From positions 510,001 through 542,000 of the forward strand of contig NC_007484.1 of NCBI RefSeq assembly GCF_000012805.1: a stretch of 32,000 nt of DNA, written 5' to 3'. Each line of letters begins with the position of its first letter. Positions within the stretch are counted from its first letter, which is position 1. Under the pieces are notes generated by a model, which saw nothing but the letters and a program-made list of their open reading frames with translations, did no database searches and was not told the origin of the DNA. Positions 7,634-16,936 of this stretch are shown piece after piece. Origin of the DNA: Nitrosococcus oceani ATCC 19707 (GTDB lineage: Bacteria > Pseudomonadota > Gammaproteobacteria > Nitrosococcales > Nitrosococcaceae). A program made the position numbers and the translations under genes.

Positions 7634-8192
7634 TTCAAGATTTTTAGAGAGTATAAAATCATAAGAACATACGTTTAAAAATATAAGCGGTATTTAACTT
7701 TTACCTTCGCCTTTCAATAATACTTTTTGTTCGCTATAGGATTTATACTTTTGGAAAAATTCTGAGTGTATGGAGATCCCAGAGACAGGAATCACTATCA
7801 GGCGCGGGTTACGGGGTTTTTCTGAAATAACCGTGGCTGCGCGTTTATTGCTAGGAAAGGTACTCGCGTGCAAGTCGTCACCAGCTCTGCCATGCTGGCG
7901 AGAGAGAAGAGTTGAATTCTGTCCTCCTCCTTGCTTACTTTGCAAAAGGAGAGAACTGGATTAGGGATTAAAGCTCCTTATAATTGAAAGTAGGCCGTGC
8001 TGCTTAAATAAAGAGGCCAGGACGATCAGATGCGGGAGTATGATTGATTTGTAATATAGCCTTGAATAATATTTTAACGGCCTAACCTAGGATGGAAATT
8101 ATGTGGGCTTTCTCGATAGAATTTTATCAATAACCGAATAGTTATAAATTTCCGGCCAGAGCCTAGCAGGGTAGAATTATTTTTTTGAAAAA

Positions 8193-8220
8193 CTAGATTA
8201 TTACAAAAGCTGTTCTATAG
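8193..8220 (+). promoter_or_regulatory. Candidate promoter of secreted-protein paralog A (-35 TAGATT, 16-nt spacer, -10 TATAGT preceded by C)
   Basis: The block 'actagattattacaaaagctgttctatagt' is conserved with 'actagacaattctagaaatcgttctatagt' upstream of paralog B. Confidence 0.45.
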
Positions 8221-8332
8221 TCTATACAAGGTGCCTGTACTTAGTAGAGTGATTGGCACAAAAATTTCTTATAAAGAAGTGCTCATAAATTTAGCTAAAT
8301 TTTTTGTTAACCTATTTTTTAAGGAGATTAAT

Positions 8333-8800
8333 ATGGTGGCGTCTTTGGATAAAATAAATTTTGATATGCTCGTCAAAATGGCGGTGCTAGTAATGGCAAG
8401 TGCTGCATTGGCGGCGGTTCCCGCTATGAGTTCCGCTCAGACGGGGGCTCAACCCCAGCAACTAGAAGATGTAGAAGCCCTGCTGGATAATGTGGTTCGG
8501 TATGATGGTAAAAAAGTGAGTGTTTCCGGTGAGGTGGAAGAAGTCATTGATGAAAAAGCTTTCATTCTTGAAAGCGGGGGGCTTTTTGAGGATGAAATGG
8601 TAGTCTTGAAACCTGCCGGTAATTTGATGGTTAAGGAAGACTACGAGGTGACTGTGACAGGGACAGTGCGCGCGGTGGCCCTGGTTGATATCGAGCGTGA
8701 ATACGGCTGGGACTTAGATCCCCAGATTAAGATAGAGCTTGAAAATATAGAAGCTTTCCTTATCGCGGATAGCATTGAGATAACCGAGAAGGATGATTGA
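8333..8800 (+). CDS. Secreted protein of unknown function, paralog A (signal peptide, acidic beta-rich domain)
   Basis: ATG 8333 has the SD 'aaggag' 6 nt upstream. The signal peptide is ...ASAALAAVPAMSSAQ. It has clear paralogy with 11701..12225 (blocks FILESGGLF, VDIEREY, EAFLIAD are shared). Confidence 0.8.
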   Translation: MVASLDKINFDMLVKMAVLVMASAALAAVPAMSSAQTGAQPQQLEDVEALLDNVVRYDGKKVSVSGEVEEVIDEKAFILESGGLFEDEMVVLKPAGNLMVKEDYEVTVTGTVRAVALVDIEREYGWDLDPQIKIELENIEAFLIADSIEITEKDD

Positions 8801-8811
8801 TTAAAATAAAA

Positions 8812-8847
8812 AGCCCCATAGCCATGAAAGTGGCTATGGGGCTTTTT
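8812..8847 (+). terminator. Rho-independent terminator
   Basis: A perfect 13-bp stem (agccccatagcca / tggctatggggct), loop 'tgaaag', then TTTT. Confidence 0.85.
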
Positions 8848-8854
8848 ACTTCTC

Positions 8855-9004
8855 GCCGAGATGTATCTTTACTCTCTCCTATCTATATTTACCATGCCCA
8901 CCAGGAGCGGTTACCTTACTGTCTACAGGGGATGTGTGTTGGGAATTCTCGGCTTGGGGATCTGGCCTGGACCGTTGCTGGTATTGCTTGAATTAATGGA
9001 ATAA
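8855..9004 (+). pseudogene. Relic of the last 49 codons of nuoN, with no upstream gene body
   Basis: It translates to AEMYLYSLLSIFTMPTRSGYLTVYRGCVLGILGLGIWPGPLLVLLELME*. The genuine NuoN end is AEIYLYSPVRTYSMPTGGGYLIVYSGCVLGILGLGIWPGPLLVLLELMG*. Both are 150 nt. Confidence 0.8.
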
Positions 9005-9082
9005 ATAATTCCTTGTATAATCGCTGCTAAGCTAACCGTGCTATCTCCTATCTCATTGCATGTCTGAAGCGTCCAACTTACA

Positions 9083-9108
9083 AACCGGAGACATCCTTGT
9101 CTACCGGT
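9083..9108. terminator. Copy of the 7371-7397 hairpin
   Basis: The same 'aaccggagaca..tgtctaccggt' sequence. Confidence 0.5.
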
Positions 9109-9130
9109 CCTGAGCGAAGCCATATCCGCT

Positions 9131-9301
9131 CTAGAGAGGAGGCCGTCCTCGTCGTCCTAAAACCAAGAAAACCACAAATAAAATAATTCCTACCACAAAT
9201 AAAATCCATGCAATCTCTGTCGCTATACCGGCTATCCCAGTGAAACCAAGGAGAGCTGCTACGAGTGCAACAATTAAAAAAGTTACTGCCCATCCGAACA
9301 T
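9131..9301 (-). CDS. DUF1328 (UPF0391, YtjA-like) small membrane protein, second copy, 56 aa
   Basis: My own translation is [56 protein letters not shown]. The SD is 'aggagg'. Track ORF 9078..9293 is the wrong frame. Confidence 0.85.
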   Translation of the reverse strand: MFGWAVTFLIVALVAALLGFTGIAGIATEIAWILFVVGIILFVVFLVLGRRGRPPL

Positions 9302-9339
9302 TTTTTCCTCCTAATGCAATTAGTTAATTATGAAATAAA

Positions 9340-9346
9340 AGTATAG
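9340..9346 (-). promoter_or_regulatory. Candidate sigma-S-type -10 element (CTATACT) for DUF1328 copy 2
   Basis: The minus strand reads 'gaaCTATACTttt', the same as copy A. Confidence 0.35.
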
Positions 9347-9697
9347 TTCAGATTTTTTGGAAGTACATAAGTTTTTAAATATAATCTATTTCAGGCTTGC
9401 GTCCTTATATCATTCCAATAGCGATTTGTACTGTTTTCCGTTAAGATAAATTTTAATATATCTTTCACATAAAGCATCTGTATCAGTACCCGTATTCCGA
9501 TGGGAAGGGACGTGGTTAGTAATATGTCAAGGACGCCAAAGGCCATTCCCATCGTTATTGGTTAGAATTTTAAATTAAGACCTTGGAAGAATTTTCTTTA
9601 GGTATCTAAAATTGATTTAAACCAAATCGCATGTTGGAAGGTAAAAAATAGCTAACTCTAAGAGGCATTAAAATTAGAAAAATTCTGACCGGCAAAC

Positions 9698-9883
9698 TTA
9701 TTGCTCCAGTGCCGTCAACATTATTGCCATCTTTCTGCTTATCGTTGCGTTGTTTGTCCTAGGTACTGACAAAGTGCCATACCAGCCGCTAACTAACGTG
9801 GCTGTGCCACTTACAAAGCCGAATAAAATAAGGGCTACTGAAGAGAGGAGGCGCAGAAAAGTTATAGCTAACCTAATAAGCAT
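9698..9883 (-). CDS. Possible small hydrophobic protein (61 aa), doubtful
   Basis: Track ORF only. It has one or two hydrophobic stretches, no convincing SD and no recognisable family. Confidence 0.25.
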   Translation of the reverse strand: MLIRLAITFLRLLSSVALILFGFVSGTATLVSGWYGTLSVPRTNNATISRKMAIMLTALEQ

Positions 9884-9999
9884 CGAATGGCAGGTATGAC
9901 TAAAACATTTACTTCTATCTATGTATTTAAATACGCGGTCATGCCAGTAATTATTTTTATAGTAGCAACCGCCCTGCAGATATATAGGAGAAAGTCGTT

Positions 10000-10713
10000 A
10001 TGAAGCAATTCAATAAGATGCTCACTAAGTTTACTCCCCTTATACTATTTATTGTCGGCTGCACGCCGCCAGCAGCTAATTTAAAGCCAGCCTCCACAGC
10101 AAATGTGGTGGCGCACTTAGAGGAAGCTGCTGTCAGCCAGGTGAAAGGAGTCCAGGTAATCGTACAGACCGACCAATGGCCCGGTCCCCAGCCCATCCAA
10201 AATGAAGTGACGCCGGTGCGGGTAGTCATCGACAACAAAAGCGAGACGGCGCTGCGCTTGCGTTACAATGATTTCGCCCTCATTGCCGATGACGGCACGC
10301 GCTACGCTGCCTTGCCGTTGTATAGAATTGTGGGCTCTATTCCGGAGCCTGTAATCGACACTGGCTATACGGCGATAACCGAACCCCATTTCGTATACCA
10401 TGCTTTTACAGTTGCCCCGTTCTACGCCAACATCTATCCTGCTATGACGGCTTATCGCGGCACATTTGCTTACGACCCATTCTACTATGATACCTACAAT
10501 GCTTACTGGATAAACATCCCCTTACCGACTCAAGAAATGTTCAAACGGGCATTGCCGGAAGGTGTGCTGGATGTTGGAGGCCGCATTGAAGGCTATCTTT
10601 ATTTCGAACGCGTATCGGATGACCAGTCACGTGTGACCTTCCGGGCCGACTTGAGCAGTGCCCAGAGCAATCGATTTTTTGGGGAAGTCCGGATTCCATT
10701 CAACGTACAGTAA
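10000..10713 (+). CDS. Lipoprotein of unknown function
   Basis: The SD 'aggaga' lies upstream. The signal peptide has the lipobox LFIVG-C. No family recognised. Confidence 0.8.
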   Translation: MKQFNKMLTKFTPLILFIVGCTPPAANLKPASTANVVAHLEEAAVSQVKGVQVIVQTDQWPGPQPIQNEVTPVRVVIDNKSETALRLRYNDFALIADDGTRYAALPLYRIVGSIPEPVIDTGYTAITEPHFVYHAFTVAPFYANIYPAMTAYRGTFAYDPFYYDTYNAYWINIPLPTQEMFKRALPEGVLDVGGRIEGYLYFERVSDDQSRVTFRADLSSAQSNRFFGEVRIPFNVQ

Positions 10714-10820
10714 AACCTCCTTAGAGCCCTTTTGAAACAAAAACGGCAGAGAGAGATTAGGAAAAATAAAAGACCGAAGCCCCACTTCTTTAAAGAAATA
10801 TAGGAAAGTGGAATGTTCTC

Positions 10821-11297
10821 TCACATTCGTGTTTGCCGTCCCTGGCGAACACGTTTGGTAGGCCAATAATCCTTAGGGACCCAATAAGGGCGGGCTCCAT
10901 AACGGCTGTGTACGTCGCTAGCCCAGCGTTGATCAGCCATTGATGGCCAGTGGTCTTTATCAAAGCCGGGGTCGTTTTCAAGGACTTCTTTATTAACTCT
11001 TAATACAAAACACTTCTCATCCGCGTCCAAAGTCAAAGCACTCCAGGGCACGGCAAATAATTTATCTCCCACGCCGAGGATTCCCCCAAAGGATAACACC
11101 GCATAGGCTACGCGGCCTTTAGGTACATCTATCATGATGTCCTTGATTTTACCTAACTCCTCTCCTTCCAGGTTGAATACCTCATTATTTTCCAGAGAGT
11201 TTGCGGTCATGAGGTAGGGACCAGGTCCGCTAGTATTGTCTTCGCCTCCAATGACTCGAGGTTGATCGCTGCCGGGGGTAGTTATAGGGGTATTCAT
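10821..11297 (-). CDS. PRC-barrel domain protein
   Basis: The core 'NLEGEELGKIKDIMIDVPKGRVAYAVLSFGGILGVGDKLFAVPWSAL' is a typical PRC-barrel signature. The SD is 'ggagg'. Confidence 0.85.
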   Translation of the reverse strand: MNTPITTPGSDQPRVIGGEDNTSGPGPYLMTANSLENNEVFNLEGEELGKIKDIMIDVPKGRVAYAVLSFGGILGVGDKLFAVPWSALTLDADEKCFVLRVNKEVLENDPGFDKDHWPSMADQRWASDVHSRYGARPYWVPKDYWPTKRVRQGRQTRM

Positions 11298-11572
11298 AGT
11301 TTTCCTCCAAAGGTTAATAATTTATTTCACGTCTATCACGTGCCTTAATATTTGAAGCAAAAAATATGCCGATAATATTAGCTATCGCGTAAGTGAAATA
11401 AAACAATGACTGAAGCAGGTTTTTCCTTGGCTTAGCTCGCTTCTCTTTTATTTTGTTTCGCAAGCAACCGCACTTTTGTTTGTGTAAAATCTTCTTGGTG
11501 ACGTAATAATTACAAATTATATTTGTACTTAGTATTAAGAAAAAATAATTTCATCTTAAAATATTCTATGAC

Positions 11573-11600
11573 TAGACAATTCTAGAAATCGTTCTATAGT
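11573..11600 (+). promoter_or_regulatory. Candidate promoter of secreted-protein paralog B (-35 TAGACA, 16-nt spacer, -10 TATAGT preceded by C)
   Basis: Conserved with 8193-8220 (see there). Confidence 0.45.
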
Positions 11601-11700
11601 TTAGTTTAGAGCGATTTTGATGAAAGAGTTCTGTTTATAGTTACGCATGGTAGAGAGACGTTCCACAAACTAAACTTTATGACAAGTAAAGGAGACAAAT

Positions 11701-12225
11701 ATGAGCAAACTTTTTTGTAAATTAAGCATAAGCACTATGACTAAAATGGCTATAGCCGCTATGGTGAGCGCCGCGCTTATGTCGCTACCTGCCATGGGTG
11801 TCGCCCAGACGACTGCCTCGCCCTCTTCAGGTGTTGACCCATCCTCTCAGATGGGCGGGCAGCAAGCAGGTGGGCAATCCCAGACGGTAGAAGACGTGGA
11901 AGAGCTACTGGATAATATAGAACGCTACGATGGTCAGAAAGTTACTGTTTCCGGTGAAGTAGAAGAAAGGATTGATAAGAGATCCTTTATCCTTGAAAGT
12001 GGTGGGCTTTTCAATGATGAGATAGTTGTGGTGATGCCAAAAGGCAATCTTAATGTTCAGGAAGACGACGAGGTTGCGGTTACCGGGAAGGTTCGCGCGG
12101 TAAAATTTGTTGACATTGAGCGTGAATACAATTGGGTTCTGAATGAAGAGATAAAGAGTGAAATTGAGGATGTGGAGGCTTTTCTTATTGCAGACCATGT
12201 TGAAATAACAAAACAGGACGATTAA
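11701..12225 (+). CDS. Secreted protein of unknown function, paralog B
   Basis: The SD is 'aaggag'. It has a signal peptide (...LPAMGVAQ) and the mature part aligns with 8333..8800 over its whole length. Confidence 0.85.
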   Translation: MSKLFCKLSISTMTKMAIAAMVSAALMSLPAMGVAQTTASPSSGVDPSSQMGGQQAGGQSQTVEDVEELLDNIERYDGQKVTVSGEVEERIDKRSFILESGGLFNDEIVVVMPKGNLNVQEDDEVAVTGKVRAVKFVDIEREYNWVLNEEIKSEIEDVEAFLIADHVEITKQDD

Positions 12226-12239
12226 TTTCCTTAAAAAAT

Positions 12240-12273
12240 CCCCCTGGCGATCCTAACTGGGATCCTCAGGGGG
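12240..12273 (+). terminator. Stem-loop downstream of paralog B (terminator-like, weak T tract)
   Basis: 'ccccctggcgatcc-taact-gggatcctcaggggg', with two paired segments. Confidence 0.45.
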
Positions 12274-12442
12274 AAGATTGTAAATTTCCTGTTTTATCTA
12301 TTCTTTTGAATAGACTATTTATTTCCAACCTTCTCTATCTCTAAATTAATTGTTTTACAAAATACTTAGACTGTTCCCTATTCCTTAGCTATTATCCTTA
12401 AGGTAAATGTTTTTCCTACTTAAAAAGTATTGTGGGGCAATC

Positions 12443-13846
12443 ATGGAAAAGAAAAGATGTCTTTATAAAAATTATTGGGTAGTGATAAGCTCAGCCTTAA
12501 TTTTATCTGGGAGTAGCGGCGTTCTATTAGCGGCTGAACAAGCAACGAGCTATAAAAAAGTCGCTGTAGAAAAAAGTTTCGATGAAGTGAAGCAACAAGA
12601 TGTCGCCGATAAACCCAACGTCATGAAGCGTCATAAATCCCTCTTGGAGCGGCGCTATGAGCTTCAAGACCAGCCTTCCAAGACGGTTACCATGTCGGCG
12701 GGAAAACCTGTGCAGGAAGGAATTCGGGTAAAGCTTCCGCAGGGAATTACCTGGGAACAGCTTTCTGAGATGAGCGCCCAGGAAATTAAGCAGCGGGATC
12801 TATTTCCCAAAGGCTTTCGGCCACTTCCCCATCCTAAGCATAGTGTAGGGGGTCAAGTTTATCCCCCCAACCAAATCGAGGCTATCCAAAAAGCGGAAAG
12901 CCGGGATCTTTCTCGCTTCGATGTGGAATTCGATCTACCCGATCGCTTTTTGCCTGAGTTTCCTCCGCCTATCTATTTGACGACACATCCAGCACTAGGA
13001 GATGTCTCCCAGGGCGAGGTGCTGACCATCAAAAATTACTATCGGCTTTTGAATGGAATCATTACTCCTGTTCAAATGGAAGGTTTAAGGTTATTACTTA
13101 CTCCTTTCCCGCAGCAAGAATTTAACCAGACCGAGGATAGGAAAGTTAAGGAGCCCACGTTAGGGGTTACCTGCCTCGATTGTCATGTCAACGGGCACAC
13201 CAATGCTGCTTTCCATCTTAATCCCGATACTAGGCCCCAGAAAAATCGGTTTCGGTTGGATACGGTAAGCCTGCGAGGCATGTACAACCAGCAGATCCAT
13301 GGCTCTAAGCGTTCCCTGCGATCGGTGGAGGATTTTACTCAATTCGAGCAGCGAACTGCCTATTTTGACGGGGATCATGTGATTGCAGCAAAAAAAGGGG
13401 TTCATCTGCCTAATCGTACTGAGCAAGTTTCAATGATGGCTCAGATGCAAAATATGTTCGATTTTCCACCGGCGCCAAAATTAGATGCAACGGGCCGTTT
13501 GATGTCCGAAAAGGCGTCGGAGGAAGAACTGCGTGGCGAAAATATTTTTTTTGGTAAAGGCAAATGTAGCACTTGCCATATACCGCCAGCCTTCTTGGAT
13601 CATCAGATGCATGATCTCCATTTAGAACGTTTCTACGAGCCGGAAATGATCAATAGCCAGTACAATGTGGCCAATGGACCGATTAAAACTTTTACCCTGC
13701 GGGGCATCAAGGACTCACCCCCTTATCTTGCCGACGGTCGGCTCTTGACTTTAGCTGACACGGTAGAATTTTTCAATTTGGTTTTGCAATTGGATCTAAC
13801 CTCCCAAGAGAAAGAAGATTTATTATCCTATCTCTATACACTGTAG
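12443..13846 (+). CDS. Di-haem c-type cytochrome, cytochrome-c-peroxidase/MauG-like C-terminal half with a long N-terminal extension
   Basis: Two CXXCH motifs are present: CLDCH at ~aa 256-260 and CSTCH at ~aa 387-391 of the 479-aa track ORF. The second sits in the CCP-like context 'GENIFFGKGKCSTCHIPPAF'. A signal peptide follows ATG 12443 (MEKKR...LLAAEQ). The track start at 12407 is also possible. Confidence 0.75.
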   Translation: MEKKRCLYKNYWVVISSALILSGSSGVLLAAEQATSYKKVAVEKSFDEVKQQDVADKPNVMKRHKSLLERRYELQDQPSKTVTMSAGKPVQEGIRVKLPQGITWEQLSEMSAQEIKQRDLFPKGFRPLPHPKHSVGGQVYPPNQIEAIQKAESRDLSRFDVEFDLPDRFLPEFPPPIYLTTHPALGDVSQGEVLTIKNYYRLLNGIITPVQMEGLRLLLTPFPQQEFNQTEDRKVKEPTLGVTCLDCHVNGHTNAAFHLNPDTRPQKNRFRLDTVSLRGMYNQQIHGSKRSLRSVEDFTQFEQRTAYFDGDHVIAAKKGVHLPNRTEQVSMMAQMQNMFDFPPAPKLDATGRLMSEKASEEELRGENIFFGKGKCSTCHIPPAFLDHQMHDLHLERFYEPEMINSQYNVANGPIKTFTLRGIKDSPPYLADGRLLTLADTVEFFNLVLQLDLTSQEKEDLLSYLYTL

Positions 13847-14055
13847 CAGTGAACAGTAATTAAAAGTCAAAAAAATAGCCCGGCGAGAGGCCAGGCTTAA
13901 AGAAGAGAGAGTCAAGAATCAGTAATTATTTTATACTCTGAGGATGGACTATTCTATAAGGATATTCCCCTACATATAAAATTTGACGATTTTATTCAAA
14001 TTTTCTTTTTTTAAAGTCATCAGAAAAAATAAGCAACCATAACTTATGAGTAATT

Positions 14056-14064
14056 CCCCCCCCC
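14056..14064 (+). repeat. Homopolymeric C9 tract in AT-rich DNA, ~160 nt upstream of the AsmA-family gene
   Basis: Read directly as 'aattcccccccccTccc'. Confidence 0.9.
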
Positions 14065-14222
14065 TCCCAGTCTATTCAACTAGAAGTCATAACCATCCTC
14101 CTTTATGGAGATTCTATTAAAAAACAGGAAGGGAGTTCTAGAGAAATAAAGGCTGGCAAGGGTTTTAAATACTAAAGGTTTATTCCAGCGATTTGCCATT
14201 TTTAAATCAATGAATAGAATTT

Positions 14223-16220
14223 ATGCTAAAAAAATTATTTATCCTATTCGCAATTATCCTGATATCCCTGCTGCTGCTGGTGATACTGGCTGGAGTAATG
14301 ATTGATGAGAATAGGGTTAAAAAATGGGTTTCTAACTATATTGAACAGGAGTATGACAGAGAATTTGAGATAACTGGCGAGCTCAAGCTAAATTTATTAT
14401 CCTTGCAACCCAGCGTTACAGCAAAAGGAATAAAACTAGAAAATGCAGAATGGGCGGATAAGCCTAATATGGCGACTATCGGTAAAGTTTTTTTCCAGTT
14501 TGAGTTTTTTCCGTTGATCTTAGGAAACATCAACATCCTAGATGTGGAAATTAGAGATGGCCGGATTTCCTTGCTTGAAAAACAGAATAAAACTAATTGG
14601 GATATTTTTTTACCAGAAGAGAAGAAGCCCCCAGGTTATTTTTCAGTAGAGAAAATCAGAAATTTTAGGCTAAACGATTTCACGGTGACTTACCAAAGTA
14701 GGGTAAAAAAAGAAACCCATACTCTGCTCGCAAAAAATATTCAGCTGCAAAATTTTTATTCTACTAAAAGGAAAGGTTCTTTTCAGGGAAAGGTTGATTC
14801 CATTCCAATTGGTTTTCAACTTAACCAAAAGCCAATCAATGCAGAAAATGTGGACAAACTACTCCTGTTGACAGGACATATCGGTACGATAGAACTTTAT
14901 TTTACCGGCGATATTTCCGATGATTTTAATCTGATAAGGGGTAAATCCCGTGTAAAAGGATCCGGAGAAACATTATTGCAGCTGGCCGAATTGGCTGGTT
15001 TAAAAATTAAGAATTTTCGCTCTTATGATAGTTTTGCCACTATTGATGCGAATCTAGAGAAGATGTTGATAAATGTGAATCAGATGGATATTACCTATGG
15101 TCAGAGTCAAATGACAGGTACGTTGAAGATTGATTCGAACGAGAAGCGAACGCTTGTTAGAGGCGATTTACTATTTCCGGTGCTGTCTAGCCCTGATTTT
15201 AGATCCCTAACTAAGAAAAGCGTAGCCGAGCTAGAAGAAGAAACCACGGATATTGATGTTAAGGCGCAAGAAAAACAAAGCGAGAAAAAAAAGCTCTTCG
15301 ATGATGATCCTCTCGAATCTTTTATCCCAGAAAAACTGGAACTCTATCTGCATATGAAAGTGGATAAATATGTTGGCGGTGATTGGGATAAACTTATTCA
15401 GGGGGGCAAGCTTAATATTGCGATCAAGGAAAAACAGTTAGCGCTTCATCCAATAAAAGTAAGGATGTTAGGAGGAGGGATCTCTCTGGAGGGATTGATC
15501 GATCAATCAAAGAATAACTTAACAGAAGCTGATCTTAGGCTAAACGTTAATAATTTTGAGCTCAAGCAAATCTCTGAAAGCTTAGCCGATCTTGATAATA
15601 AGCTTAATATTGATGACATCATTGGAGGAGATTTTAATGCTGTGGTTAACTTGCATGCTAATGGTGGTTCACCGCAAGACATGGCTTCAACTCTGAGTGG
15701 GGATCTTAATTTCGTAGTAGAGGACGGCTATATCGGTAGCTTGCTGGTAGAAGCCTTGCAGATTGATGTGACGGAAGCCTTTGTTTCTTGGCTGGCTGAT
15801 AATCCAAAGACAGAAATGAACTGCCTGGTGGGATTATTTGATATTGATTCAGGACGCGTCGAAACCGAGTCCCTGCTCATCAATACCGATGATTCCAACG
15901 TAGTGGGTAATGGGGTTGTGAATCTGGATAAGGAATTAATAAAGTACATGTTGGTTGCAAGGGCAAAAGATTTCTCTTTAACGGGAGCGCCCATTAAAAT
16001 AGTTATGGAGGGGGATCTTTTAAATCCTATGCTTGATATTGGTGGTGAAGATTCATTGCTTGAAGTGGCTGCTGAAGTGCTTGTGACGCCTATTGCTGAA
16101 GGTTTTAAAAATATCTTTAGCGAAAATAGCGAAAGTGAAGAATTAACGGGTTGTAAGAAATTTATGGACGATATTGCTCGTATCCAGAAAAAAGCAGACA
16201 CGGTGGAAAAACACCAGTAA
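14223..16220 (+). CDS. AsmA-family outer-membrane biogenesis protein
   Basis: It has an N-terminal TM anchor followed by an AsmA-like N-domain (VKKWVSNYIEQEYDREFEITGELKLNLLSLQPSVTAKGIKLEN). The length and C-terminal region are typical of the family. Confidence 0.8.
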   Translation: MLKKLFILFAIILISLLLLVILAGVMIDENRVKKWVSNYIEQEYDREFEITGELKLNLLSLQPSVTAKGIKLENAEWADKPNMATIGKVFFQFEFFPLILGNINILDVEIRDGRISLLEKQNKTNWDIFLPEEKKPPGYFSVEKIRNFRLNDFTVTYQSRVKKETHTLLAKNIQLQNFYSTKRKGSFQGKVDSIPIGFQLNQKPINAENVDKLLLLTGHIGTIELYFTGDISDDFNLIRGKSRVKGSGETLLQLAELAGLKIKNFRSYDSFATIDANLEKMLINVNQMDITYGQSQMTGTLKIDSNEKRTLVRGDLLFPVLSSPDFRSLTKKSVAELEEETTDIDVKAQEKQSEKKKLFDDDPLESFIPEKLELYLHMKVDKYVGGDWDKLIQGGKLNIAIKEKQLALHPIKVRMLGGGISLEGLIDQSKNNLTEADLRLNVNNFELKQISESLADLDNKLNIDDIIGGDFNAVVNLHANGGSPQDMASTLSGDLNFVVEDGYIGSLLVEALQIDVTEAFVSWLADNPKTEMNCLVGLFDIDSGRVETESLLINTDDSNVVGNGVVNLDKELIKYMLVARAKDFSLTGAPIKIVMEGDLLNPMLDIGGEDSLLEVAAEVLVTPIAEGFKNIFSENSESEELTGCKKFMDDIARIQKKADTVEKHQ

Positions 16221-16810
16221 CCCCCCGATAAGGCGCGCAGGCGGCGGGCGATGCTTCTCAAGCGTGTTTGGAAGGGGAGTAGCACGGGGCTGGCATTTCC
16301 TCCTCTAGCTGTGTGACTGCGTGGCCTACCCCAGGTTTAGTTATGGGACATTTAAATTTTCCTTTCACTCAATTTTAGAACTAGGGAAGCATGGTGAAGT
16401 AATTTTTCAGAGTAAAGCGTTTGCTGGAGTTGCATGAGAGCAGAGGTTTCTTAGGGAGCAGTTAACAAGAGGAAAAATATGCCAGTATTGTGCCTGTTCG
16501 ATTACTGAGGTTTACTAATTCTTTTGGTATAAGAATGAATAGGGCAGGCGGGATAATTGCCGTATCGTCCATAGGGTTACTGCAAGGGTACCCAAGAGCA
16601 GAAGAGGTGCGTCGGTAAAAATGTTCATGGGTACATCTGAACCCTCTATCTTGTAGCACGCTTATTTTGTATAGTAATTGTATCTTTGCGCTGCCTCTTA
16701 ATTTTGGGCCTTGGTCTGCTGAAGCTTTAGGCAATGTATTATTGCTATAGATACCGGTTAGCGGACCGCGCTGCTAAGAATGTACCGGCAGAAAAAAATA
16801 AACATGATGA

Positions 16811-16841
16811 AACAGCCCAATGCTGTCCACATTGGGCTGTT
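16811..16841 (-). terminator. Rho-independent terminator of the small lipoprotein gene
   Basis: A perfect 12-bp stem (aacagcccaatg / cattgggctgtt) with a 7-nt loop. On the minus strand it is followed by a T-rich run. Confidence 0.7.
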
Positions 16842-16936
16842 TGTTCTATCTATCTATCTTCACTCACCCTTGGCAGCATCGTGAACGCTTATTGGGATGA
16901 GAATTCCATAATATTGATTAAATTACCTTTTATTCG

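Larger units (their letters stand above)
7145..7688 (+). repeat. Copy A of a ~0.54-kb diverged direct repeat (nuoN 3' end + hairpin + DUF1328 gene + its promoter region)
   Basis: Hand alignment with 8855-9384. One stretch (7240-7335 vs 8950-9045) is nearly identical; the rest is colinear but diverged. Confidence 0.85.
8855..9384 (+). repeat. Copy B of the ~0.54-kb diverged direct repeat
   Basis: See copy A. It begins a few nt after the terminator of paralog A. Confidence 0.85.

Noticed and set aside
7780-7965. GC-richer patch with overlapping ORFs 7694..7945 (-) and 7770..7964 (+); considered as an ncRNA or gene relic
   Set aside because: I recognised no family, no convincing SD, and no structure beyond short stems. 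The signal is too weak for a call, but the patch would merit a covariance or homology search.
8797-8991. Track ORF 8797..8991 (+), 64 aa
   Set aside because: It runs through a terminator hairpin and the nuoN 3' relic in the wrong frame. It has no SD and its composition looks non-coding.
15728-16285. Track ORF 15728..16285 (-), 185 aa, antisense to the AsmA-family gene
   Set aside because: It lies almost entirely inside a well-supported gene, is Ser-rich and low-complexity, and has no SD.
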